This document shows positions 24,170 through 36,914 of a stretch of DNA of 37,498 nucleotides, piece by piece. Where the stretch lies: positions 76,150,693 through 76,188,190 of the forward strand of contig NC_068982.1 in the NCBI RefSeq assembly GCF_001194135.2, written 5' to 3'. Under the pieces are notes generated by a model that ran no database searches, had not been told where the DNA came from, and was given only the letters and a program-made list of their open reading frames with translations. This DNA is from Octopus bimaculoides. Its lineage: Eukaryota. The position numbers and the translations under genes are program-made. How positions within the stretch are numbered: the first letter of the stretch is position 1; every line of letters starts with the position of its first letter.

Positions 24170-24381
24170 AAGTCGGTGTGCTGACAAAATCATTAGCACG
24201 CCCGGAAAAATGCTTAGCAGAATTTCGTCCGTTCTTACGTACAGAGTTCAAATTCCGCTGAGGTCGACTTTGCCTTTCATTCTTTCGGGGTCGATAAAGT
24301 AATTACCATTTACAAACTGGGGTCAATGTAATCGACTTACCCTCTCCCCCGAAATTGCTGGCCTTGTGCCAAAATTTGAAA
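24170..24381 (+). mobile_element. SINE family C
   Basis: Head, B box gagttcaaattcc, core gcctttcattctttcggggtcgataa, tail aaaatttgaaa. Confidence 0.9.
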
Positions 24382-24903
24382 TTTGAATGGATGCAATCTG
24401 TTAAGAATTGACGATAAGAACAGAGTTTTAAACCCTTGCATAAACCATTCCTTTCGCTTTTTATCGCATTCATTTCATAACATTTCATCGTCAAAAACTC
24501 ACCTGTAGCTTTTCTGAAAGAAAATAATCCTTATAAATCTCATACCTCTAAAGATAATATTTTCCCTTATTTCCGAGTTTCCTGTTGATTCANNNNNNNN
24601 NNAGTTGATTTGTACCTATCTTTATTAACCAACCAGCAGGCATATTTCAGTTTCATGAACGTAAAATGGAATTCTTCACCGAAAATTTGAAATTTGAATG
24701 GATGCAATCTGTTAAGAATTGACGATAAGAACAGAGTTTTAAACCCTTGCATAAACCATTCCTTTCGCTTTTTATCGCATTCATTTCATAACATTTCATC
24801 GTCAAAAACTCACCTGTAGCTTTTCTGAAAGAAAATAATCCTTATAAATCTCATACCTCTAAAGATAATATTTTCCCTTATTTCCGAGTTTCCTGTTGAT
24901 TCA
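24371..24903 (+). repeat. exact 222-bp direct repeat (24371-24592 and 24682-24903) flanking a 10-N gap
   Basis: Base-by-base comparison showed no differences. Confidence 0.9.
24503..24513 (-). CDS. candidate 11-nt microexon (second copy at 24814-24824)
   Basis: Minus strand ttattttctttcag|AAAAGCTACAG|gtgagt: strong acceptor and perfect donor. No transcript evidence available. Confidence 0.35.
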
Positions 24904-25407
24904 ATGATATTATAAACGAATAAACACTTGTTTATTCACTTGAAAAGAATCATAAAAGATATTTTACCTTTTCAAATTTAAAACTGACGTTAAGAATAAA
25001 AAGAAAAATAAGAAAAGAGACGTACATTGTATATTGTAGTAAAAGAAAATTCATATTAAGGTCAATAATAACTGTGCCCTATAAATATTATGTGAATATA
25101 TTACTAGAAACGCAAACGAAAAAGATTCAGTAGTTGAAAACACATGGAATCCAAGAAGAGGGGTAGGGGAAGAAAGGAGTAGCAGCTTGATTCAACAAAC
25201 CTTATATTGAATAGCAATATATATTAGGTAAACTAGAATAAATGAAAAAGGAAAGTATTGCGAATCCCTAACAACCATTAACAAAATTCTGAGATCTTTG
25301 CGTCGTAGAATTTGTATTGGGCAGCATACAAAAGTACCCTCGTATATGAAATCTTGAATATTAAACTGTAAATATTTTGCACATCTCGAACGACATGCAT
25401 TTTCAGA

Positions 25408-25408
25408 A

Positions 25409-25444
<36 letters not shown>

Positions 25445-25665
25445 ACACACACACACACACACACACATACACACACACATATACACACATGTATGTTTGC
25501 ATGTATGCATGTATGTATGTATGTATGTATGTATGTATGTATGAGTACATATATATGTGTGTGTGTATGTGTGTGTGAGTGTATGTGTATGTATATGTGA
25601 GTGCGTGTGTGTGTGCGTGTATGTGTGAGCGTGCGCGTGCATGCGTACGTGCGTGTATGTATATA
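25408..25665. repeat. (CA)n / (TATG)n / (TG)n compound microsatellite
   Basis: Direct reading. Confidence 0.9.
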
Positions 25666-25964
25666 TAACTAAATACAATGCTATATTCTCATATCAGTCG
25701 GCTTAACAATTGGTTTTAGACCAGGAGTTCATCATAAAAGGCTGAAAGGAATAGTCTGCTGTGTGTTCTTTTCACTGGAGGTGAGAAAGTGTCACATCCA
25801 GTCTGCTGATAAAAAGAAAGCGGAATGAAATAAACAGGCCAAGACCCAAGGAGAAATTATTTTAAAGTTATTGGAAACCATTTGACTCATCAGACAATGA
25901 TTGATGAAAGTGAGTAAACCGAAACGTCACTATCACCCCTTTACTTATAAAAGTGAATAAATAT

Positions 25965-26110
25965 GTTCTTTCGTAAAAAGTATTGGTACTATTTTATCGA
26001 TCTCAAAAGGATGAAAAGCAAAGTTGACTTCAATGATTTGAAATCCTGGTGCAGAGAATCAGAACAAATACCACGAGGTATTTTATCCGACGCTCCATCA
26101 CTCTGTCGGT
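25965..26110 (-). mobile_element. SINE family C, diverged
   Basis: ggtactattttatcgatctcaaaaggatgaaaagcaaagttgactt is the reverse complement of the core. Confidence 0.7.
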
Positions 26111-26169
26111 CTGCTGGCAGGATTGGTACCAGTGCTCAACAGGTACTTATTACATCGACCCAAATTCTG

Positions 26170-26697
26170 GAGATGCTGTTGTTGTTGGTATAGTGGTTGT
26201 GACAGTAGTAACAGTGGTAGTGGATGTGGCGGTAGGGGCTGCCATGGTAGTGGTGATGGTGGTGGTAGTAGATCAGGCAGTAGTAGCTTGGTGGTGCTGG
26301 ATGTGGTAGTAGTGGTTGAAAGTAGTTGTTGTAGTTTGGTAGTGGTGGTGGTGGTGGTGGAGGTGGTTGATGTAGTGATAGTAGTTGTGACGGTGGATCT
26401 AGTATGATAGTTGAAGTGGCAGTGGATGTGGTATGCTAATGGTGGTGGTTGGCGTATTAAATGTGTTTTTGGGTGTCGTATCGGAATCAATGCTACGTCT
26501 GAACAGGAAGCATAACAGACGATAAAAAATTTCTTCAGCATTATAATCACCATCACACCATCATTGTTGTCGTCATCATCATGATCATCATCATGATCAT
26601 CATTATCCTCAACATCGTCGTCGTCGTCATCATCATCACCAGTAGTAGCATAACACCGAGGAATTACCAGCAGACTTTATCGTTATCGTTGTCGTCG

Positions 26698-26732
<35 letters not shown>

Positions 26733-26930
26733 GCTGTCGTCGTCGTCATCGTCGTTGTTATAATGAAGTTCTGTGTAAGTTTCAAGTAAACAATCTATCT
26801 ACACAATGAACATCTTAACACAACTGTTCAGCACAAACCGGAAGGGAAGACATTTTTGTTTTATTAACGATTACAGTTTTCTTATTTCCACGTACAAATA
26901 ACTATTGTCATTGGTTTTTTTCTCTGTTGC

Positions 26931-26976
<46 letters not shown>

Positions 26977-27113
26977 GTTATTATTATTATTATAGTTGTT
27001 GTTGTTTTTCTTCTTCTTGTTCGTGTTGCTATTATTATCGATGGTCTTTTTCTCTTCTTATCATCACCATTATCAGTCATTATCATTATTATTATTAACA
27101 TTATCATTATCCC

Positions 27114-27148
<35 letters not shown>

Positions 27149-27208
27149 ACATCATCATCATCATCATCATCATCATCATTATTGTTATTATTATTATTAT
27201 TATTATTG
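26170..27208. repeat. degenerate trinucleotide field (GTG/GTA, CAT, GTC/GTT, ATT, ATC)
   Basis: Direct reading; source of the poly-T/V/I/M/L pseudo-ORFs. Confidence 0.9.
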
Positions 27209-27209
27209 C

Positions 27210-27439
27210 GCTAATATTATCATTAGCAAGTCGGACAAAATGTTTCGCGGTATTTCTTCCTGCTGTTTACGTTCTTAGTTCAAATAACACCGATATCAAC
27301 TTTGCAGTTTATCCTTTCGGAGCTCGATAAAATAAAGTGCCACTCAAGTTGTGTGGTCGATGGTATCGACTAATCCCCCACTCCCACTCCCACCCCCACG
27401 TCCCTCCAAAATTGCTGGCTTTGTATCAAAATTTGTATA
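27210..27439 (+). mobile_element. SINE family C, diverged
   Basis: Core tatcctttcggagctcgataaaataaa; tail aaattgctggctttgtatcaaaatttg. Confidence 0.8.
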
Positions 27440-27990
27440 ATTATACAGTATTCTTATTTACATTCCGTGTTTTCTCTGTAACCTATACTCTGATATGTGT
27501 GTCTTGTTTTCGTTTAACTGTTCCTATTTTACTGAAAGTACTTTACATAACATGTATGCCGCACATAACAGTATTTTTATGTATATGCTATACATATCTA
27601 TAAGTTCTGGGTTCCTAGTCTTGTATTTATCTGCATGCTTTTTAAAAATATTTCCTAAAGCACCTATTATTGACGGGATTACTTCTATTTTCAACTTTCC
27701 CTATATTAGAGTTATCTTTATTTCCAAGTCTTTCTTTGAGAGATATAGCACTATCCAAAGAGATTGGTACTTAGATCAGGAGGCACTTTATTTCCAGGAA
27801 TTTTGACAATACCGGGTCCATTAGCCTTGATCTTTCAATCTGAATGTATTAGCGTATGGACTTGGGATTCTCTGGGACTTTTTCTGGTTTATGCCTTTAT
27901 AAGAAATGTTTTGTTAGCACAAGTTTTATATAAGCTCCAGCTCTGTCAAGCCTTAGTTAATGCTAATGAAGAGGACCAGGTACATTTGCC
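27440..27990 (-). mobile_element. degenerate RLE C-terminus and 3'UTR of an R4/Dong-like LINE
   Basis: LDRAGAYI..RHKPEKVPEN..IHSD*KIKANGPGIV..KDLEIKIT..EVIPSIIGALG..ADKY..ILLCAAYMLCKVLSVK*. Confidence 0.75.
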
Positions 27991-28127
27991 ACGTAGTTGG
28001 CCTCTAAAATCATGTAATTGATGCCTATCAGTCTTTTGAAACGATGGTGTATTATATAAAGCATAAACACTGATAGCGTTTTCAGTGTTGCTTTAAATAC
28101 ACGCACATACTCACAAACACACACACA

Positions 28128-28197
<70 letters not shown>

Positions 28198-29144
28198 NNN
28201 NNNNNNNNNNNNNNNNNNNNNNNNNNNNNNNNNNNNNNNNNNNNNNNNNNNNNNNNNNNNNNNNNNNNNNNNNNNNNNNNNNNNNNNNNNNNNNNNNNNN
28301 NNNNNNNNNNNNNNNNNNNNNNNNNNNNNNNNNNNNNNNNNNNNNNNNNNNNNNNNNNNNNNNNNNNNNNNNNNNNNNNNNNNNNNNNNNNNNNNNNNNN
28401 NNNNNNNNNNNNNNNNNNNNNNNNNNNNNNNNNNNNNNNNNNNNNNNNNNNNNNNNNNNNNNNNNNNNNNNNNNNNNNNNNNNNNNNNNNNNNNNNNNNN
28501 NNNNNNNNNNNNNNNNNNNNNNNNNNNNNNNNNNNNNNNNNNNNNNNNNNNNNNNNNNNNNNNNNNNNNNNNNNNNNNNNNNNNNNNNNNNNNNNNNNNN
28601 NNNNNNNNNNNNNNNNNNNNNNNNNNNNNNNNNNNNNNNNNNNNNNNNNNNNNNNNNNNNNNNNNNNNNNNNNNNNNNNNNNNNNNNNNNNNNNNNNNNN
28701 NNNNNNNNNNNNNNNNNNNNNNNNNNNNNNNNNNNNNNNNNNNNNNNNNNNNNNNNNNNNNNNNNNNNNNNNNNNNNNNNNNNNNNNNNNNNNNNNNNNN
28801 NNNNNNNNNNNNNNNNNNNNNNNNNNNNNNNNNNNNNNNNNNNNNNNNNNNNNNNNNNNNNNNNNNNNNNNNNNNNNNNNNNNNNNNNNNNNNNNNNNNN
28901 NNNNNNNNNNNNNNNNNNNNNNNNNNNNNNNNNNNNNNNNNNNNNNNNNNNNNNNNNNNNNNNNNNNNNNNNNNNNNNNNNNNNNNNNNNNNNNNNNNNN
29001 NNNNNNNNNNNNNNNNNNNNNNNNNNNNNNNNNNNNNNNNNNNNNNNNNNNNNNNNNNNNNNNNNNNNNNNNNNNNNNNNNNNNNNNNNNNNNNNNNNNN
29101 NNNNNNNNNNNNNNNNNNNNNNNNNNNNNNNNNNNNNNNNNNNN

Positions 29145-29191
<47 letters not shown>

Positions 29192-29689
29192 TACACACTT
29201 AGACAAGGGGGTGTCTACCAAAATATATAGTTGTATAATAAGTATCTTAGCTTCACTTCTAATGTAATCTATTATGTACATGGGAACATGCTTAGTCTTG
29301 CTGCGACGAATACATTATGACTTTAATTAATATTGGCCAATAAATTAAGATTACTATTACCTTCAATGAAGAGAACATGCGATGGGTGCATCAGGGCTAC
29401 AGACGATCACATAATACAGGAAATCACAATAGTCTCGTTACTCATCACGTACTCTCGTTAACTTGGGTTTTATAGTCAAACAGCTTCACAGTCAGACTTA
29501 ATTATATTTACATTCACGTAACAGGCTCATTGAGTTTGATGAATGTTTAATTATACTAGAGAATTTGGTAGTTTTTATAATGTATATATTTATGTATACT
29601 TACAAAATCGTACACGCGCATACGTACATACATACATACATGATTACATACATAAATACATACATACCCACACACATGTATATACACAC

Positions 29690-29717
29690 ACCTATGCAAA
29701 TATATATATATACAAGC

Positions 29718-29797
<80 letters not shown>

Positions 29798-29848
29798 GCC
29801 TGTCTGTCTGTCTTCTGTCTGTCTGTCTCTGTCTTTCTCTATATATAT

Positions 29849-29887
<39 letters not shown>

Positions 29888-30050
29888 TATGTGTATGTAT
29901 ACGCACACATATATACTAACATCTAAATATGTATATGCATATCTATATCAATACGTATAATGCGCGTATATACATATATACATTCATGTATACATACAGA
30001 AATGCATATATATGTGCATAGGCATATATATGTATGTACATGTAAATATG
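29690..30050. repeat. (TCTA)->(TCTG)->(TA) compound microsatellite
   Basis: Direct reading. Confidence 0.9.
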
Positions 30051-30681
30051 AACGACGTACTTAGTTCTACCTCCAGTAAATCTGTCACCATTATACACAA
30101 GTGCAGCAAGCATGTGATTTGGCGAAAAAAAAACAAACAAAAAAACAAAACAAAACAAAGAACGAACAAGCAAATAATAAGCATAAAAACCCGAAACAAG
30201 AAATGTGTGGAATGAGTGAAGAGTAGCCTACTCAACGATGGTACCTAACTTACGATGGCACAAGCCAACATCGACCACCTACTTAATTTTAATATATAAC
30301 CTGAAGAATAAAGACTCAATTAATATATCGACTGTAGGTGAGACGTTGGGTAGGAGGTGGCAGAACCGAGCATTCCTAAACAACAATGTGTTTGGACGTT
30401 TGAAGGATTCTAGAAGATAAATATCGAACCCTTCACGGGTCAATTGCTTCTTCCTCCCAAATTGTTTACGGGCACTCTAGATGTAAAAGGCACGACGATG
30501 AGGAATGTAAGGCTGTCTCACCCGTAGGGATGTTCTATCCTCTCTGTAGGTGGAGGATAAAATCCCAGTCAAGGATTTTTGTTGAGGATAAAATGTCAGT
30601 CAAATATAGGGGTCGATTTAGTTAACGAATCCTTCCCTCCAAATTTCCGACTTTGTACCTACTTAAATACTTAAATATATC

Positions 30682-31005
30682 GTGAAGGCGTTTGGCTTAG
30701 TGGTTAGGGCATTCGACTCACGATTGTAAGGTGGTGAGTTCAATTTCCGGCGACGCGTTGTGTCCTTGAGCAAGACACTTTATTTCACGTTGCTCCAGTC
30801 CACTCAGCTAGCAAAAATGAGTAGTACCTGTATTTCAAAGGGATAGACTTGTCCCACTCTGTGTCACGCTGAGTCTCCCCTAGAACTACATGTGAACTCC
30901 ACGTGTCTGTGGAGTGCTCAGCTACTTGCACGTTAATTTCACAAGCAATCTGTTCCATTGATCGTATCAGCTGGGATCCTCGTCGTCGTAACCGACGGTG
31001 TGCTC
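30682..31005 (+). mobile_element. tRNA-derived SINE family D
   Basis: A box tggcttagtggttagg, B box gagttcaatttcc, body gtacctgtatttcaaaggg...gcacgttaatttcac...cgtcgtcgtaaccgacgg. Confidence 0.85.
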
Positions 31006-31010
31006 CTTTT

Positions 31011-31392
31011 GGAGGCACAATGGTCCAGTGATTAGGGCAGCCGACTCGCGGTCGTAGGATCGCGGTTTCAATTCCCAGACCGGGCGTTGTGAGTGTTTAT
31101 TGAGCGAAAACACTCAAAGTTCCACGAGGCTCCGGCAAGGGGTGAGGTTGGAGAACCCTGCTGTACTCTTTCATCACAACTTTCTCTCACTCTTTCTTCC
31201 TGTTTCTGTTGTACCTGTATTTCAAAGGGCCAGCCTTGTCATTCTGTGTCACACTGAATCTCCACGAGAACTACATTAAGGTTACACGTGTCTGTAGAAG
31301 TGTTCAACCACTTGCACGTAGATTTCACGAACAGGCTGTTCAGTTGATCGGATCAACTGGAACTCTTGTCGTCGTAACCGATGGAGTGCCAC
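31011..31392 (+). mobile_element. SINE family D variant (different head, same 3' body)
   Basis: A box tggtccagtgattagg, B box ggtttcaattcc; from 31211 it aligns to 30825-31005. Confidence 0.85.
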
Positions 31393-31421
31393 GACTTAAC
31401 TATATGATTATCATTGATTGG

Positions 31422-31635
31422 TTAAATAAGGCGGCTAGCTGGCAGAAACGTTAACACACCGGGCAAAATACATAGCGGTATTTCGACAGGCTTTACATCC
31501 CGAGTTAAAATTCCTCCGAAGTCGACTTTGCTTTTAGGGGTCGGTGAAATATGTACCAATCCAGCACTTGCGATCAATGGAATCGACTAGTACCCTTTCC
31601 CAAAATTTCAAGCCTTGTGCCTATAATAGAAAGGT
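31422..31635 (+). mobile_element. SINE family C
   Basis: ggcggctagctggcagaaacgttaacac...gagttaaaattcc...gtcgactttgc. Confidence 0.8.
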
Positions 31636-32271
31636 TTATAGATTGGTTAAATATAGCGGGTATTGGTGATAAGATAAAGCACCGAGCTAAATTTGTTTTT
31701 TAATGCACTTAGTTTTGTGTCAAAATGTTTTGAAAGCTCACACCCAAAAAGAGAAAATAAATAGATTAACTGAAAAAATATAGGACAGTTCAGTAAACTA
31801 TAATCTTCTCTAACAAACTGGGTTCCAGCCCCTGTTACTTTCTGTAAAATCATTATTTTTACATTATGTTTTGAGCACCGTAAAAGATGAAGTTATCTGT
31901 GAATGAGTCAAGTCGATAACGACATCCAGTTTCAAATATCAGTCGATGGAACATCGTTTGATTTATGCTGTTAATTTTTGGCGGGAAAGGAATGTACATC
32001 ACACTCAGAAAGCAATTGTGATATTATCTTTGTGAAGAAGGAGGCTGAATGACTCAATCGGTGCAACAGAAGATCCAATAGCTTTTACAGTATTTACTGT
32101 AGTAATAAGACTGTGTATTCTGAGTTCGATTCCAGCCGTGTTTGACTTGTCATCGATAAACTAACAGTCCAAGGCTAAGATCGTTTGATCACTTATGCCC
32201 CACGCCTTAAACATTTTTTTGACCTTGCACTTGTACGGGAAAAGGATACCTTTATGTTGTCAAACTGATAA

Positions 32272-32470
32272 ACGTGGCGAGAAAGCAGAATCTTTAGCAC
32301 GCCGGAAAAAAAATAATTAACACTAATTTGTCTGAGTTCAAAACACACCGAAGGAATCAACTTTACCTTTCATCCTTTCGGGGTCGATAAAATAGAGTAT
32401 CAAGATCAATGTAATTTACTAACCCTCTCAACCATAAATTGTTTGTCTTGTGTCAAAATTTGAAACTACT
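32272..32470 (+). mobile_element. SINE family C
   Basis: Core cctttcatcctttcggggtcgataaaat; tail aaaatttgaaact. Confidence 0.8.
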
Positions 32471-32554
32471 AGCAACGAAGGAGAATCATTAGCGCCTCGG
32501 TGAAAATGCTGGCCTCATTCCGAAATTCGAAACCGTCTTATCTAATATACATCG

Positions 32555-32768
32555 ATGGTGAGCTGGCAGAATCAGTAGCGCATCGGCAGAAAAGGTTAGT
32601 GGCACTTTTTCTGAGACTTTACATTCTGAGTTCAAAACCCACAAAGGTCAACTTTGCCTTTCATCCTTGCGGGATCGACAAAATAAAATATCAGCCATAT
32701 ATCAAAGTCGACGTAATCAACTTGTTCCCGCCTTCAGAATTGCTGGCCATGTGACAAAATTGGAAACT
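32555..32768 (+). mobile_element. SINE family C
   Basis: ggtgagctggcagaatc...gagttcaaaacc...gcctttcatcctt...aattgctggcc. Confidence 0.85.
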
Positions 32769-33029
32769 TACATCCGAGCAGAGTTTACGTTGAATTTTAC
32801 GTTCCCATACACACAAAAATATAGCAAAAAAGAAAAAAAAAAGAAAAAAAGGTAAAACAAAACAAAACTCACCTTAGATTCAAGTTAAGCACCAAGATGA
32901 AAATTTTGAATGAATAAAAAAAGCAACAATAGTAAATAAAATTAAAATAAAAGGAAAGAAAATCTGCAACCACACGGAACAATAAGATTTTCACAAATAG
33001 ACACCCATATAATAATTTCTGCTTATGCG

Positions 33030-33332
33030 CGCGCGCACACATATATATACACACACACTATATACATACACACATAGATATATATACACACATACATACA
33101 TGTACATATAGATACATACACATTCATACTTGTACATATACATACACACATACATACGTGTACATATACATGCACACACGTACATACATGCAGATATACA
33201 TGAACACACATACACACAGTAAAACTGTGTCTAACTTTCTATCACATTTAACATTACCTTCCGACAACCTATAAATCGATATATCGATACTTTCCTTCAA
33301 TATAGATGAAGTGGTAAACGGAATATTATGAT

Positions 33333-33368
<36 letters not shown>

Positions 33369-33500
33369 TATACATACACACATATATATATGTATATGTA
33401 TATATATGTATGTATGTATGCATGTATATGTATATATATGTATGTATGCATGCATATCTATATACATGTATATATGTTTGTGTATATATATATTTCCATC
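33030..33500. repeat. degenerate CA/TA/TATG microsatellite fields
   Basis: Direct reading. Confidence 0.85.
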
Positions 33501-33957
33501 TGTATATATATTCATTTTCATTTTATATTTGTATCTTTTGTTTTTGATACACTTTTCGCATGGATTCACAACGAAGAGAATATTCGATATGGAAGGAACC
33601 ATAGCAGGAGACCATTCTAATAAATAAAAGAAAATCTGAAGAGGTAAAAGCAGAAAAGGACAAAAAGAAAGAAAGAAAAGAACCCAAAAAGAAATGCGAA
33701 AAGTAAGATAAAAAAAGTTAAAGAAAAATTATAAGACGTAAAACAAGAATACTACTAATAATAATGGTAATAAGTAAAAGAAAATGCTTCTTTCTGCCTA
33801 TGAAGACTGTGGTAAAAGCGAATAAATTTTATTTGAGTAAATAGAGACGTTGTGTAGTAAACCTTGTGTAAGAATTAACTACTTGCTAGGTAGAACTTTA
33901 CCATGCGATGTATTTTAGGAGTCTGTTACGAATGCGGGGCAATATAGTTTATGGCTT

Positions 33958-34620
<663 letters not shown>

Positions 34621-35071
34621 GAAAGTAGTGAGTCATGAGAGAATACAAAAGAGTGAATATGAGGCGAACAAAAGATGGATTGGTTGGAATACAGAAAGCA
34701 AAACAAACAAACAAACATACCAATAATAAAAGAAAAAATATGAAATTAGAAAATGACATTGAGCATTTCTATCTTTTATCTATTATACTGTAAAGCGGGG
34801 AATGGAGTGTTGGAGAGTTTAACGCCTTTCACGAAATGAATTGTTGGGGTTTCAACTAGAATCAGAAAATCTGATCGTAGACCCGGCTTACAAAAAGTGT
34901 AACTCTCTGGCAGATCACTTAAGTTTTCCAGTATTTTAAGTGCAAATCTTTTGTTTGTAAGGATTTCATTGAATCGAACCTTGATAGTTATTGGTTTCAA
35001 TGAGACATCTGCAATGCTTTAAGAACTGTTCTACTTATCGTACTTCTAGATTTTTGTAGTTTCTCAATAAC

Positions 35072-35103
<32 letters not shown>

Positions 35104-35482
35104 CATAGTAGAGACTGAAGAAATACAAGCAGAAATCTCAGTCCGCATTCCATGCCATAAACCTGGCTAACAGAATGTCAATTGAGGAAGATAGGAGTCC
35201 GAATATGTTCAGTCCGCTGCGCGTTCTATACAAACCGTAAATCCCAGGAGATTCAGCAATTAATCAGCGCAAATTACTCCAACTCCGTATTATCAGGTAC
35301 ATTACACACTTCTGGGGTTTTCTCAATAATCAGTGTAGAATTAATGTAACTTTTCCAGTTGTTCTACTTCAGAAGGCACTATTTAATCAAGAATTATTAA
35401 GCCTGATTCTGATTTCACTGTTCCGTTAGCTGTTTGATTTGCTTAAAAGGGATAACAGAAATAATGCTTTTCATTCCTTCAG

Positions 35483-35599
35483 ATCCCTGTAAGCTCAGGA
35501 GATATTTCGAAGACGATGTCAGTGATTTTGCCTATTATGTTTTAAATATCACGGCGACTGATGGTATTGTGTATGCTTTCATGTCAGGAGTGCATTTTT
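35483..35599 (+). CDS. candidate internal exon, phase 1-1 (alternative donor after 35563)
   Basis: Acceptor gcttttcattccttcag; open frame (D)PCKLRRYFEDDVSDFAYYVLNITATDGIVYAFMSGVHF; donors gtattg (81-nt exon) or gtgagt (117-nt exon), both multiples of 3. Confidence 0.3.
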
Positions 35600-36189
35600 G
35601 TGAGTTTTCCTCTATTTAATTATAGAGAACAACCTCTTAAATGTTTATTATTAAAAACTCCGATACTTAATCTCTACACAATTTCAGCGTTTCGAGTTTT
35701 GATTGTACTGTTGTGGAACCAATTATTTGAGTTAGTTTGAAGATCTTTTTAAAAATTTCACTGAAATTGTGTAGTGAGTGGAAATTCTGCATTTGTGTTT
35801 TGCTGTATAGGTCAAATAATATAAACTTTTCTTTTCTGTGTGTGGATCGAGGATCAAAACTGTAACATTGCTAGTAAATTTGATTACTGATGAAAAGAGT
35901 TAGCGAATTTTATGAATTCTTTCAGTTGTTTTTTGAGACTCTCCATTCAATGAAGCGTAACAAGTTTACTAGATTCTGTGGTGCCTGATCCTGTGATAAT
36001 CCTATACTGAATCAACTATGATCTAAATGTTCATGTGTTTTCAATTCTATTTTTCGAAGAGTTAAGTGAATGAGAGATATATCTGGTTACCTCCTACACT
36101 CTCTTAAGCACATAGGTCTATCGTAGGTGAATATTCCGCATATGAGTAACATGACTTGCTACTTCCAAGCTGATAAACCACTCGTCAAA

Positions 36190-36201
36190 CCAACACACAC
36201 A

Positions 36202-36278
<77 letters not shown>

Positions 36279-36292
36279 ACACACATACACAC
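36190..36292. repeat. (CA)n
   Basis: Direct reading. Confidence 0.95.
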
Positions 36293-36914
36293 AGGGGAAG
36301 GGAGAGAGAGAGATACAGGTATAACAAATACCATGCAACAGAAATACCTGGTTTATTAAAATTATCTGTATCACATGAGGATTTATCAAATTTACCAAAT
36401 GGCAATTAGAACCAGCTCCACATAGAAAGAGAAGATAATCTTATGAATCACGAATTTCTCAAATGCTGACATGCCGTTAAGGAAATAATTATGCTTATTT
36501 TCTGGAGATAAGAGGACAATCATGGACATGTAATTTTATCTCAATAGGATTCATCAGCATGGCTATTGTCCTACATTATCACCAGCAGCCAAAGAAGGGA
36601 CTTAAATACATTTATGGCCTCGGGAATTGCATACTTAAAACAAAAATGGAAGACGAGAAAACCGAAGCTTCGAACTCATTGTCTGTATTTTCCACGTATA
36701 ACTTAATAAATAGTCTGCTAAAATGTATTAAATAATCAGTTGGTTCAATGATAATTGTTTTTATATACCACTTGATATAAATACACACATTAATATACAT
36801 ATACATACATATGTATGCATGCATGTATATATATATATGTATATATATATATAATTATATATGCATATATACTTACATGTATATGCATGTATATAAATAC
36901 ACACACACATACAT

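Noticed and set aside
26098-26556. Thr/Pro-rich, mucin-like 152-aa ORF
   Set aside because: Degenerate GTG/GTA trinucleotide repeat overlapping a SINE; no splice or domain support.
32873-32963. Perfect minus-strand donor AAG|GTGAGT at 32872
   Set aside because: The only upstream acceptor yields a U-rich, non-coding-looking segment.
34776-34900. Helitron-N-like 5' start (tctattatactgtaaagc)
   Set aside because: Resemblance from recall only; no 3' hairpin plus CTRR was found.
36558-36720. Possible + strand exon after ttttatctcaatag
   Set aside because: Two frames are open, the donor is weak and no motif is recognisable.
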